In this document: positions 28,538 through 42,048 of the stretch, piece after piece | How positions within the stretch are numbered: position 1 is the stretch's first letter | Layout: the number at the start of each line of letters is the position of its first letter | Origin: Octopus vulgaris | Lineage: Eukaryota | Direction: 5' to 3' | Length of the DNA: 64,000 nucleotides | Assembly: GCA_951406725.2 (NCBI GenBank) | Contig: OX597826.1 | Coordinates: 77,624,001 to 77,688,000 of the forward strand | The notes under the pieces: model-generated | The model's database searches: none | What the model saw: the letters and a program-made list of their open reading frames with translations, nothing else | Told to the model about the DNA's origin: nothing | Made by a program: the position numbers and the translations under genes

Positions 28538-29018
28538 TTAGTGTTTAGAGCTATATATATATATATACATATTTATATTTGTGTGTATATAGATATATAT
28601 GTATAGGTATGTATTAACCATTGTATAAAATTCTATGTGCATAGCATTGTATGAATTTGTGTGTGTGTGCATTGCATTGTGCAAAGCCTGACTAAATACG
28701 CATGCGTCTGGTTTGTATTAAGACTGTCATTAACAGCCCCACAGGTCTGCATCGCATTTGTTTCTATTACACAGATTTACAGAAACAAATTGAAAGTATG
28801 ACAGCAACAGTTCCATTCAGCGAATGACATCCAACTGAAAGGCTTCCTGCTTCATCACCCGAACTCGCAAGAAGAGAAATATCTCACAGAAAATATATAT
28901 ATAATCATCACAATGACAACATATAAACCACAAATTTGTAAATGAGGGTTGGCGGCGGCGGCGGAGGTGGTGGTGGTGTGGTGGGGCGGGTATAGACAAT
29001 ATATGCAAACCTCTTGTA

Positions 29019-29408
29019 AAAGCGGCGAGCTGGCAGAAACGTTAGCATGCCGGGCGAAATGCTTAGCGGTATTTCGTCTGCCGTTACGTTCTGAGTTCAA
29101 ATTCCGCCGAGGTCGACTTTGCCTTTCATCCATTCGGGGTCGATAAATAAAGTACCAGTTACGCACTGTGGTCGATGTGATCGACTTAATCCCTTTGTCT
29201 GTCCTTGTTTGTCCCCTCTGTGTTTAGCCTAGCCCCTTGTGGGTAGTAAAGAAATAGATATTTCATCTACCGCTACATTCTGAGTTCAAATTCCGCCGAG
29301 GTTGACTTTGCCTTTCATCCTTTTGGGGTCGATGTAATCGACTTAATCTGTTTGTCCGTCCTTATTTGTCCCCTCTATGTTTAGCACCTCGTGGGCAATA
29401 AAGAAATA
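29019..29408 (+). mobile_element. Family B SINE with internal 3' duplication and TSD
   Basis: gcggcgagctggcagaa head, B-box gagttcaaattcc, gcctttcatcc..ggggtcgataaataaagtaccag (resembles the Meta/Sauria-type central domain); TSD atgcaaacctct at 29003 and 29412. Confidence 0.85.
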
Positions 29409-29939
29409 TACATGCAAACCTCTGTATATTACTGGTACGTATTTCTTTCTTTTGTCTTTCACTTGTTTCAGTCTTTAGACTATGGCCATGCTGGGGCACC
29501 ACCTTGAAGATTTTTTAGTGGAATGATATATATATATATATATATTTCTTTTTAAGACTGGTACTAATTTAATCAGTTTCTTTTGCTGAACCGCTAAGTT
29601 ACAAAGACCTGAACGCAACAGCACCACTTGTCAAGCAATGGTAAAGGACAAACACAGACACAAACACAAACACACACATATATATGTGGTAGGCTTCCTT
29701 CAGTTTCCTTCTACCAAATCCATTCACAAGGCTTTAGTCAGTCCAAGGTTATAGTAAAAGACACTTGCCCAAGTTGCTACACAGTGGGACTGAACCCAGA
29801 ACCATGTGGTTGGGAAGCAAGCCTCTCACCACAGCCAATATATTTTATTACCACCAACTTCCTCCCAGTGAGTTGTGGGATATGAATTTAGAATGCAAAA
29901 GGATAAGGTCCAAATAATGGAAGATTCAGTTTTTCGACT

Positions 29940-30394
29940 ACACAGGATGGCCTGCTGTGCTAACCTTGGATCGTAGAGTGACCCACTGTTCTTGAGGAGA
30001 TGTTCTTCAGGAGACCTATTGAGTCAAGTACATCAACATCAAAATAAAAATTCAAATGGAAATTGTAGTTAAGACACCCATGCCGGTGACACGTAAAAAG
30101 CACCGTCCGAACATGGCAGACGCCAGCACCGCCTAACTGGTGTTCGTGTCGGTGACACGTAAAAGCACCAACTGATCATGGCCATCTGCCAGCCTGCTTC
30201 GGCCGCTGTGCCGGTGGCACGTATAAACACGCACTACACTCATGGAGTGGTTGGCATTAGGAAGGGCATCCAGGTGTAGAAACACTGCCAAATCAGACTA
30301 GAGCCTGGCGCAGCCTCCATGGCTTACCAGACCCAGGTCGAACTGTCCAGGCCATGCTAGCATGGAAAACGGACGTTAAACGATGATGATGATG
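29940..30394 (+). mobile_element. RTE-type LINE/SINE 3' tail (family C)
   Basis: gaggagacctattgagtcaagtacatc...ggaagggcatcc...gacgttaaacgatgatgatgatga. Confidence 0.75.
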
Positions 30395-30669
30395 AACTCC
30401 AACACCTTCCACATCATGCGGGGCAATATTTTTCAAGAAGTGGGTTGCATCAGCCATGACTCATTAACAGGTGACCCACACTACTAAAAGATTTCAAGGC
30501 ATTTTTTGTTACGCACGCTATTCAGAAAGTCTCATTGGCCACAGTTTGCCCATGGCTGGTCTGCAACTCATTCTGTTAAAAATGGCAATTAACTCTCCCT
30601 CAAATTATAACCTACTGTCTGAACAAAAGGAAAGAAACATCTGGATAATGTGGTTCAATGCCTGGAGAA

Positions 30670-30995
30670 AGGCACATGGCTCAATGGTTAGAGCATCGAG
30701 TTCATGATCATGAGGTTGTGAGTTCGATTCCCAGGCCAGGCTGCATGTTGTGTTCTTGAGCAAGACACTTTATTTTATGTTGCTCCAATTCAGTCAGCTG
30801 TAGAAATGATTTGCAACATCACTGGTGCCAAGCTGAATCAGCCTCTGCCTTTCCCTTGGATAACATCCGTGGCACGGAGAAGGGAAGCTGGTATGCATGG
30901 GTGACTGCTGGTCTCCCATAAACCTTGATCAGACGTGTACCTCAGAGAGGAACCTTCTGGATGCAACCCCATGGTCATTCATGGTCTTTACCCTT
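30670..30995 (+). mobile_element. tRNA-derived SINE (family E)
   Basis: tggctcaatggttagagc (A box), gagttcgattccc (B box), ttcttgagcaagacac. Confidence 0.7.
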
Positions 30996-32053
30996 TGCCT
31001 GGAGAACAGATAAAAATGATTAACTTAGAAGTCCTTAAATTTGGAGGCAAAGGAGGTTACAATTAGTTACATGGATGATCTAATGTCCCATTGGAAATAT
31101 ATTTTGCCAACTTTAGAAACGTAAATTGATAAAGGTTAAATCTTAACTCATAACCACTGAAGAATAATGACTAAAAAAGGGTGAGGTATTTCATTCAGCG
31201 CTTTATTTTCTAGAAATACCCCAGCTTCTAAAGCAAGTGGTGGATTTGTATCTCCTGAGGAAGATGCTGATAACAATAATTATTATTGCCATAAGGGACA
31301 CCAGCCCCTGGACAACTTGTGTTTACCTATACGCCTTGTAGCATTATGCTGACAACAGGTGGTCGTTCTTCTTTCAGCAAAGTTGACAACCTATCCACAA
31401 ATCAACAGGAAAGTCTCTACATCCGAGCGTTTCTCAACCGGGGTTCCCCAGAAGCAATGCCCCAGCTGGGCTGCAATCAAGTGACTGCAACAAGATAAAA
31501 ATACATCTAACCTAGATATTCTGTTTTATGTGCAAACCAGCCAGCCAGCCAGATCAGGCTTCTCATACTTACCCTATAATGTCATTGTAAAAATATACAA
31601 TCATAGGAGCAGCTGTGACTGTGTAGAGAGAAGCTGGCTTCCCAACCACATGGTTCCAAGTTCAGTCACTCTGCACGTCACCTTGGGCCACTGTCTTCTA
31701 TTATAGCCTCGGGCTGACCAGTGTTGCATAACCAGCCCATTCAAATGTACCTTAAGCTTGGCATGTTGCACTACTATCCAAGGTACTTTTGAATGGGCTG
31801 GTTATGCAACACTGGTGTAGGTTACAGCTGTGAACTTCTCAATCACAGCATATCTCCAGAGGTCTTGGTCTTTTGTCATTGCCTCTGCAAGGCCCAACGT
31901 TCAAAGGTCAAGTTTGACCACCTCATCCCAGTGAATAAATAAACATTACATTTGACAGAATAATCTGGATGCTAAGGGGTTAAACCAATTCTACAGTGAA
32001 ATCAGCAGGATGGAAAACGAATAACAAAATTTAACCTTTGAATTAGATATGCA

Positions 32054-32102
<49 letters not shown>

Positions 32103-33927
32103 TAAGGAGAAGAGAAACACCTGCAAGTACTTGACAGGTATTTTAATTATCAACTCTGATATAATGGTTTCAAATTTTGGCACAAGACAGCAATTTTAGG
32201 AGATGGGGTAAGTCACTTACATTGACCCCAGAAAGGATGAAAGGTAAAATCAACTTTGGCAGTATTTGAACTCAAAACATAAAAACAGGCAAAATGCTGC
32301 TAAGCATTCTGTTGAGTGTGCTAACAATTCTGCTAGTTTACCATTTTGAAATAACAGAAAGTAAAATTTTCTTCAGTGAGATTTGAACTCAGAAGGCAGA
32401 GATCCAAAATGGTATTGTATAGCATCCTAACCAATGCTCTCCAGCTGCAGCCAATTCATTGACTTCTATTTTGCTTACAGTGAATTGGAATAGTTACCGT
32501 TACCATGTTGTACTTTAGTATGAAGGTAATTTTTAACAGTTGTCAAACCAACATCAATATATAAATTAGATTAGCAGCTTCTGAACTAAACTAAGCCGTA
32601 TTTTACTTTTATACAGCTGTTATAAGCTATGGCCGTTTCCACAGAGGAAACTATCTCATAAAAAAAAAAAATATTTATGTATGTGTGCATGAGTGAGCGA
32701 ACCTTTAAACTTTTCACTTCTGCCATGAATCAGTGGCCATCCATATTGATTAGCTCTCGGCTAGTAGAATGACAACTTCCTCCACTTTCATTGAAATTTA
32801 CATGGACTTCATTGAAAGGAAATCGTGATTTATAGGTTTATGATAAGGAAAGGAAAATAAGTGATGAGGATAAGGTAAGTAGACAATCAGATGATGGATA
32901 GCAAGTTCTAGTATTACCACAGGTATTTTGCAGAGAATTTCTTACCTTTTGAGGAGAAAGTGAATGAGTCTTCTACTCATAGCGAGTCACCTACGTAAAT
33001 ATTTGATTGCAAAATGTATAAACATAAACCCTCTAGCTCTTATTGACTTGCATACATATACATATACGCACACACACACACACACACCCGCACACACATG
33101 CACACACACCCGCACACACACGCATACACACACACACATATGGTAGTGTGATAAAACAGTTGCTTCCCAACTGTATAGTGCTAGGTTCAGTCCCCCTGCA
33201 TGGCACCTTTCGAAAGTGTCTTCTACTTTAACCCCGGGACAACCAAAGTTTTGTGAATAGATTTGGTTGATGGAGACTGAAAGAAGCCCATCATGTGTGT
33301 TTTGCTTTAACATCACATTATAAGTGTAAACAAATGTCACCATCATGTAAGCAGTGTCCTTAGTGTGCAATCTTCCATAAAACCATGTCCGGTTATGGGG
33401 AAATGTTACCTGACTTGGAACTAGGTGAGGGTCAGGGATAGGAAAAGCACCCTGCTATAGAAAATCTACATCACTAAATTCTATTTGACCCATGGAAAAG
33501 TGGACAATACAACAATGATGATGATGACATATGTATATACACACACACACACACACACATATACACTCACACACATTTATATATATAACATGGTAACACC
33601 CAGACTATCAGATGTTACACATCACTGACCACAGTGCACTTTATATTGTTTTAGCTTTCAAATGATATCACCCTACTGGTTTGGCAAGAAGGGCAACATT
33701 TCCCTCTGATCGGAAAGCTGGTCCATTGTAGGGGGTCACCCATTTACAGCTAAGTGGACTGGAGTAACGTGAAATGAAGGGTTTTGCTCAAGAACACAAC
33801 ATGAAGCCAGTCTGAGAACTGAATCAGTCTCTCTTGTTGAACTGCTAAGTACACCAACGTAAACACACCAAACACCAGTTATCAAGTGGTGGTGGGGACA
33901 AACACAAAGACACACACACAGATATAC

Positions 33928-33971
<44 letters not shown>

Positions 33972-34383
33972 AACATAAAATGCACTATCAAAACGTGGTC
34001 GATGCCAGTGCCCCCTAACTGGCTCCCATGCCGGCAGTATGTAAAAAAGCACCTACTACACTCTCAGAGTGGTTGACATAAGGAAGGGCATCCAGCTGTA
34101 GAATCATTGCCTGATCAGATTGGAGCCTGGTACAACCTCCTGGCTTGCCAGACCTCATTTAAACCGTCCAACCCATGCCAGCATGGAAAGCAGACGTTAA
34201 ATGATGATGATGATTATGTACATATATATATATAACAGGCTTCTTTCAGTTTCCATATACCAAATCTACTCACAAAGCTTTGGTCAGAGGCTTTAGTAGA
34301 AGACACTTACCCAAGATGCCACACTGTGATTGAACCCAAAATCATGTGACTGGGAAGCAAGCTTCTTACTACACATCCATACT

Positions 34384-34440
<57 letters not shown>

Positions 34441-34570
34441 ATATATGATATGCGGACATGTTTGTCATGAGGCTCTCTCCAACACTGAAGAATGATCACT
34501 TACTACATTATGGAGTGGTTTAGTCCTTAAATAAAATCAGAACAATGTATATGTATTTGTGTGTACATGT

Positions 34571-34915
34571 GGAGGCACAATGGTCCAGTGGTTAGGGCAG
34601 CGGACTCACAGTCGTGGGATCATGAGTGTTTATGGAGCGGAAACACCTAAAACTCCATGAGGCTCCGGCAGGAGGTGGTGGTGACCCGTGCTGTACTTTT
34701 TCACTGCAACCTTCTGTTACTCTTTCTCCTGTTTCTGTTGTACCTGTATTTCAAAGGGCCAGCCTTGTCACACTCTGTGTCACGCTGAATCTCCCCCGAA
34801 AACTACGTTAAGGGTACACGTGTCTGTGGAGTGCTCAGCCACTTGCACGTTAATTTCATGAGCAGGCTGTTCCGTTGATCGGATCAACTGGAACCTCCGT
34901 CATCGTAACCGATGC
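34571..34915 (+). mobile_element. tRNA-derived SINE (family D), internally deleted
   Basis: tggtccagtggttagggc head; 3' gagtgctcagccacttgcacgttaatttc shared with about 7965-8000 (minus) and 19870. Confidence 0.65.
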
Positions 34916-35673
34916 AATTTTGTGCCTTCAGACTCTCCTGTTGAAGACGACCTGTGAGCATTCAGTTTTTGCTGACTGACCTGCAAAAATGATTTGTTTA
35001 TAGGGATCAAGTGTATGTGTCGCACATTAGCTCACTGTCCCCATCAAATCGACATTACCTGAACAGGTGCACGGTGTGCCACGCATCTGCCTATCAAATC
35101 CACTCAACAAGATTTTGGTCGGCCCGAGTATATGTTAGAAGAAACTTGCCCAAGGTGCTACGCAGGGAGATGGAACCTGGAACCATGCGGATGAGATGCA
35201 AACTTCTTACCACAAATCCACGCCCACAATTGGTAAAAAAAAGATTCAATAGATTTAATTGTTCATATCCTATGATGGTATGTTGAACCGATAAATCTTA
35301 TGACAACATAAAAACATAGTGTTGCACACACACACATTCGCCACCGACAGACCCACATTACAGAAAACAACTGTAGATGAAGTAATAAAGAAAAATTAAG
35401 GAACTCAAAAAGTGAAAATTACTGAAATAGTAAGGAATGTGGGTGGGAAAGTAGGTGGGAGAAAGGAAGATATAAAAATGTTGTGGAAAGAGAGAGAAGA
35501 GGGCATGACCTTTGTTTAAAAGTAGGAAGAGTGGGGTGGGGAAAAATTGAACTGGTGTCTACTCAATGTAAGTCACCTACATAAAATTAAATCAGAAATA
35601 ATTAAAAATACACCCCCTCTCTCCTAGACATTCGAACATTCTCTCTCTCTTTCTCACATATACACATAAAATT

Positions 35674-35709
<36 letters not shown>

Positions 35710-35768
35710 TTATATATACACACACATACATGCACACAGATGCACAGTGTATACATAAATGTTAAGGA

Positions 35769-35802
<34 letters not shown>

Positions 35803-35820
35803 ATAGATAGATAGACAGAC

Positions 35821-35874
<54 letters not shown>

Positions 35875-36183
35875 GTATATATATGCATACCTGGTCATGA
35901 GGGTATCTACAATGCATGTACATTATACATAACGGAGTGGTTTAGTCGGTTAATAAAATCAGTCTTATGACTGACTATAACCCAGGCATAAATTACACAT
36001 GCATGTATACATACATAAGCACATATGAGTGTCCGTGCATGTGTGTGTGTGTGTGTGTGTGTGTAAGCCTAAAAGGTGGCATGAACATAGCAGTGCCCAG
36101 CCCCACATGTAAAAATGATTCCTAGGCTGACATAGAAGATCTATGTTATATAAGTTGCCCTCTAGATCCAGGTCTAAGAAAAC

Positions 36184-36184
<1 letters not shown>

Positions 36185-36221
<37 letters not shown>

Positions 36222-36352
36222 ATAGTAGTAGTAGTAGTAGTAGTAGTAATAGTAGTAGTAATAGTAGTAGTAATAGTAGTAGTAGTAGTAGTAATAGTAG
36301 TAGTAGTAGTAGTAGTAGTAATAGTAGTAGTAATAGTAGTAGTAGTAGTAAT

Positions 36353-36392
<40 letters not shown>
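36185..36392. repeat. (AGT)n microsatellite with AAT interruptions
   Basis: Direct inspection. Confidence 0.95.
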
Positions 36393-36904
36393 CCTGGCAT
36401 TAGACCCCTTATAGGTTCAAAGAATTAGGGATCAAGTAAGATTTAAACATATATAAACTGCATTAGCGATGAAAAATAGAATGTAACGTCTTCAACCCGA
36501 GATTGAAACCACAAACTGATATTTCAGTATGCGTTGAAGTTATCTCTGGAGTCGGTGGTTTATGATCAACAGTTTTATTGCACATGTAAACGGTTTTACT
36601 TATTTATATTTCAACTGAAACAACAAATCCTCACTGAAATTGCTATTGTGACATTACCGTGGCAACAATGCCACAACAATCCGTTGCTACCTTCATAACA
36701 CCTGACACTTAGATTTGAATTTGTGCTACTGAGTGCAGTTCTCCACTTGCCGTTCACCAGAAATTACACACACACACACGTGTGTGTATACACACATTTC
36801 CTCTCTATGATTATGATAATCATAACACTAGCTAACATAAAGGAATAATTTCAGCTTGTTGTTGTTATTGTTGTTGTGGTGGTGGTGATGATGATGATGT
36901 ATTT

Positions 36905-37470
36905 CTAAACATAGAGGGGACAAATAAGGACAGACAAAGGGATTAAGTCGATTACATCGACCCCAGTGCGAAACTGGTACTTTATTTATCGACTCCGAAA
37001 GGATGAAAGGCAAAGTCGACCTCGGAGGAAATAATAATAATAATAATAATAATCCTTTCTACTAAAGGCACAAGGCCTGAAATTTGTGGGGAGGGGACTA
37101 GTCAATTATATCGACCCCAGTGTTTCACTGGTACTTAATTTATTGACCCTGAAAGGATGAAAGGCAAAGTTTACCTCAGTAGAATTTGAACTCAGAATGT
37201 AGTGGCAGACAAAATACCTCTAAGCATTTCATCCAGTGTGCTAACAATTCTGCCAGCTTGCTGCCTTCTTCATCATCATCATCATCACCACCGTCACCAT
37301 CACCATGACGATCCTTTCTACTATCAGCACAAGGCCTGAAACTGGTATTTATTTTATTGGTCTCCAAAATGATGAGAGACAAATTTGACCTCGGCAGAAT
37401 TTGAACTCAGAACATGAAGATGGGTGAAATGCTGCTAAGCATTTTGCCCAGCACGGTAACGATTCTAATC
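36905..37470 (-). mobile_element. Cluster of three family B SINEs separated by (AAT)n and (CAT)n
   Basis: Repeated gaaaggatgaaaggcaaagt.gacctc.g..gaatttgaactcagaa. Confidence 0.8.
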
Positions 37471-38138
37471 GCTTTCTTTCATTTACCAGCAGGGCAAAGG
37501 ATGAGGGGGACAATACAAAGACAGACATAAAGCAGGGGGAGGGGTATACATATAATAGAAAAAGAAGAAGAAGAAGAAGAGGAAGAATAATAAGAAAAAA
37601 AGACAGACAGACAGACATAGGAACCCCCTACGTTAGGAGAGTAATGAGTTCCTGAAAACTTGTAATGCGAAATCACGTAATGTGAAACTGATTTTTTCCA
37701 ATGAATTTCAAGTAAAATATTAATAATGTAATTTAACGAATTTTTACTAAACATTAAATAAAAACAACATAAAAATACACAGCACAAAATATATAAACAT
37801 TTGAAGGGAAATATGTTAAGAAATGACTAAAGAACAACACAAAACATTTTGACTATTGTGCGGGAGACGATGGTAATGGTGGTAGAATAACTGTTACAGA
37901 GAGTGAGGGAAATTGCCTACTATTTTTATAGTACTTTGTCATTATGAGAGGAAAAGAACTTATCCGAAATAGTTTGATGTTGGAAGCACATCATCCCTTT
38001 GCACAGCTCATTGTAAACTTCTCTTACAATTTTTACAATGCATTCAGAATTAAGGTTTTTATGAAGTAAAATCTTGCAGACTTTTCCCCGAGAAGCATTA
38101 CGTTTTTGGCAATATTCTTTGCAATCAATTTAAGTAGA

Positions 38139-38458
38139 CAATTGCAGCGTGGAAGGTGTTTATAAGCCATTTAAGAAACACAAAACCATTAGATTCACTT
38201 CAACATTTAAATTTAATTTGTCAAAATATTTTCGTCACTTTGAGACCGTGACCTGTTCACTGACAAAACTTCCAGTGGACAGGTCGCGGTCTCAAAGTGC
38301 CGAAAATATTTTGACACAAATTAAATTTAAATGTTGAAGTGAATCTAACGGTTTTGTGTGTTTCTTAAATGGCTTATAAACACCTTCCATGGTGAAATTG
38401 TTTTCGTTCCAGCACATGATCTCAGATCAAGTCACTCGCTATGCAAGTACATCTCCGT
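38139..38458. mobile_element. 320-bp palindromic Penelope-like/retrozyme-type insertion with 12-bp TSD
   Basis: TSD aatttaagtaga at 38127-38138 and 38459-38470; inverted arms about 38150-38263 and 38273-38389; carries an HHR motif. Confidence 0.8.
38217..38267 (-). ncRNA. Minimal type I hammerhead ribozyme with G3-C8 swapped core
   Basis: UUUGUCA-GUGAACA-G-GUCAC(GGUCUCAAA)GUGAC-GAA-AAUAUU-U-UGACAAA: 7-bp helix I, 5-bp helix II, palindromic helix III. Confidence 0.75.
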
Positions 38459-41276
38459 AATTTAAGTAGAGTTGACGTAATTTCTGTATTCTCATTTTGC
38501 TTTCCTTCTTACAGTATCAGCTCCTCATTAATAGAAACCCAACAACTCAGCTTCAGTACCCATATCACATCTTCAAACCCTTCATCATTTGCAAGTATCA
38601 CCTGAATCTTCCTGAATCTGGTGCCAACTTTCTGCTTGTGGAAAACTTGTAAAGACACAAACACAATCTGGCCATATATTTTTTCAAAGTTGAGGGTTTC
38701 GCTTTGTCCTATGATTCAGTTATCTTATCCAAAGTATCCATGGTGCCAGAATTCTTCCAGAAGTCTCTGACTTTAAGTTTAACCTTCCTGTCAGAATTGT
38801 TTGAAAGTTCTTCCTACAGAATATGCTTTAAAGTTAGCTGTCACAGCTTGATTCTTTAGCTAGACCAAAGAAGTATTCTTTCAAATATATTCTGCTCTCA
38901 CAGAAAGCTCATTTAAATTCAACGGGTGGAGGAAAGGCACAATGGTTTCAAAAGCTGGATAAAAATGTTTGCAAACCATTCTTCAGAAAGCTATTAGTCA
39001 TACATGCCTTCTTATTTAAGCATCAAATCAGAAACAGATTAAATTTTGCAGAACCCTTGAAGGAACTCGAATTTTCAGAGTGATACACAAGTAGGGGCTT
39101 CAATTTAATAGCAACAGAGACATTTCCTCCCAGAAGCATCAGATGATTTTTGGAAGCTTTCAAACCTGGTGTTGAATTTTCCTCAAGAAAATATAAGTTC
39201 TAGCAGGTATGAGCTTCTAAAAATGCGCATTTTCATCAAGATTGTTTCTTTGCTCTCTGGTGTGTAGCTCCTTCCAGCAATTATTTCTTTCAACTGCTCA
39301 GAATAAATTAGTATTAGCCACTGTATCACCACTCCCAGATTCTCCAGTCATTTTTATGCCGTGCAAATTCAATCTCTTCGTAAATCTTTCAAACCAACCT
39401 CGACTAACTAGAAAAAAGTTGTTTTTTATTTAACGAGACATTTCACCTTTATTTTGCTGTAAATGGAAATGCAAACTTTTCATCATATTTTAATTACCAA
39501 TGTGTTTATCAGTATGTCAGTACATCAAGGTCTGACCCACAGTCCATACACACAAGAGCCATTGCGGTTTAAGCATCTATATGAAATTCAATCCGAGATC
39601 TTACGGGAAAATAATGTCTAAGCAGTTATCACTTCTTGAGTACTAGATTTCCTTTTTCTCTCTATTGTCATGTATTGTTCCCAAAATAGATGTTGCAAGT
39701 GTTTTTGGCAATAAGAATGGATATTACTTCATGTATTTTTAGAACATCATGCTTAATATCCAGAGAAATTCCTTTATGGTTCCTTTCTGCACTTCTGCCT
39801 TTAGGTTCACTTGATGACTTCTTTCCAGACATCTTGAATTCTAGGTAAATCCAACGGTGGCAGAAATCAACAACTATCCACAACAAATATGTAGTAAAAA
39901 GAAAATCGCACGAGGTAATAACAGTTTTGTGAGAGCAAAAATTGTTGCCTTACTCCTATGGATGTAGAACAGAAATGAGAAAACAAAAGAGTAAAGAAGT
40001 GAGGTGGGAGGAAATAATCTGTGATTACAGTTAGTTCAAGGATTATCAGGTTTATAAGCACTTTAAGAACTCCATGCTCTGCTCACACACATACAGGTGC
40101 GATGACATACAACATATGTAGCTACAGACATTGTTATCATACTGATACTATTGATGTTGCCAGTTGATTTTTCAAAAGTTGGTGGTGATGGTGTTGTATT
40201 GGTTTCAGTGTTAGTGATGGTGGAGGTATTATTCTTGTTAATTAAATTGTCGTTTAGTCTCAAGTCAATCCTCATTGACCTCAGATCAAAGACATTTCAT
40301 TCAACATTTAAAATAGACAAGAAGATCATATCTCATGTGGCTGTTTTGTTTTGTTTTTTCAGATGGATTTTGCTCATTTTCTTCATACAGTTGTTGTTGG
40401 TTATTAAGGGGTTGATGGGTTGGTGATGGTAGTGGTTTTATTAGTGTTGACACTTGTTGTGATAATGTTGATGAGAGATAGTAGTGCAATGAAGGGTGAA
40501 TTAGAGAGACATATATATATATATATATACATGCAAATGGAACAAAAACACAATAGAAGACAATAGAGGACAATGAGACATCTGGACAGATAGACGATAC
40601 AAAGGCAGACAGGAAAAACAACAAATAGAGAGACAGGGAAAAAAAAGGACAGGTCATTCGTGGCCTTCTTTCATCAGTCAAGTTTCCAGATAGTCCTTAC
40701 AGTTTCAAGCAGTTACACTTGAGACTGTTTAAATCTGGTTGCCCCCAAAAAGTCTAAGCTAAGAGCATTAGATTTTTTGTAAGAAAGCAAGTGAATGTGT
40801 ACAACAACAAAGGTAAAAAACAGAGAATATGTTACACAATTACAAATACAAACAACAAGAATATAACAACAGGTGTCTTTCGACTAACGAGGATGACTCA
40901 AATTGAGCTTGCATATATAGAGTGAAAGCCTTGAGGCAGGAATATAGGAGATAGACGTAAGAAATGTTGCCGGTCAGCAGTCAAACCAAGAAAGAAAGAT
41001 CGTGGCTGGTTGAACACCATTCATGTGGAAGGAGGAGAGAGGGGTAGGGGCAGACGGAATGAAGAATTAGGGGAAGAATGGGAAAGAGAGCAAAAAGGAG
41101 AAAGGTACAAAGGAGATAAATGAGGAGGAAAAGTAGGAATTAAAGAAAGAGAGGGCCAAGAAATGTGAGAGAGGGGGAGCGAGAATAAGAAAAGAGGAAG
41201 AAAGTATGAGCGGGGACTAAAAGATGGAGTAAAAGTATCATACAAAATTTAGATATGTACTTTCTTACACGGTAAG

Positions 41277-41326
<50 letters not shown>

Positions 41327-41750
41327 ATAAAACGGTAAGATAACAAAAGAAAGAAAGAGACCTCAATATTATGTAAATAGAGGAAATTTATCTATACAAT
41401 ATGTTACATTACTCGGTAGTCAAGATAAAACTCTGAGTTTCAGATGCCGAAGTGGAAATCCACAACACCATCTCTTCGGTTATCTGGCTATTTGAAAACG
41501 TTATGAAAAAATCTTTATTAGATTCTTTTGTTTGTGAGAGTCCTCAACCGATGTTAGGCGATAATCCCAAAAAGGTCGTATTAGCTCTTAGTTGAGAATA
41601 ACGTCGTCCGGGAGGTGATTTATTGATAAAACGGTAAGATAACAAAAGAAAGAAAGAGACCTCAATATTATGTAAATAGAGGAAATTTATCTATACAATA
41701 TGTTACATTACTCGGTAGTCAAGATAAAACTCTGAGTTTCAGATGCCGAA

Positions 41751-41823
41751 AGCCAGATAACCGAAGAGATGGTGTTGTGGATTTCCACTTCGGCATCTGA
41801 AACTCAGAGTATTATCTTGACTA
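41751..41823 (+). ncRNA. Type I hammerhead-like motif, U4C core, GUA site
   Basis: AGAUAA-CCGAAGA-GAUG(...GUGGA/UCCAC...)CAUC-U-GAA-ACUCAGAGU-A-UUAUCU; predicted cleavage after 41811. Confidence 0.65.
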
Positions 41824-42048
41824 CCGAGTAATGTAACATATTGTATAGATAAATTTCCTCTATTTACATAATATTGAGGTCTCTTTCTTTCTTTTGTTAT
41901 CTTACCGTTTTATCAATAAATCACCTCCCGGACGACGTTATTCTCAACTAAGAGCTAATACGACCTTTTTGGGATTATCGCCTAACATCGGTTGAGGACT
42001 CTCACAAACAAAAGAATCTAATAAAGATTTTTTCATAACGTTTTCAAA

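Larger units (their letters stand above)
37617..39900 (-). mobile_element. Degraded Tigger/pogo DNA transposon (CENP-B-type HTH + DDE_1 transposase pseudogene)
   Basis: Minus-strand fragments MSGKK...KGISLDIKHDVLK (from 39832), FLVSRGWFERFTKRLNLHGIKMTGE (about 39340-39420) and LLGGN..IKLKPLLVYHSEN (about 39070-39140), with many stops and frameshifts; outer boundaries approximate. Confidence 0.8.

Noticed and set aside
32946-35585. Twin motif tctactca.....agtcacctac.taaa at 32972 and 35558, and a possible 45-nt minus-strand microexon at 32946-32990
   Set aside because: Stops in all three read-through frames; similarity extends upstream, so more likely an old dispersed repeat
36653-36700. RFX X-box-like ATTACCGTGGCAAC
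   Set aside because: Imperfect single match that could arise by chance; no supporting gene context
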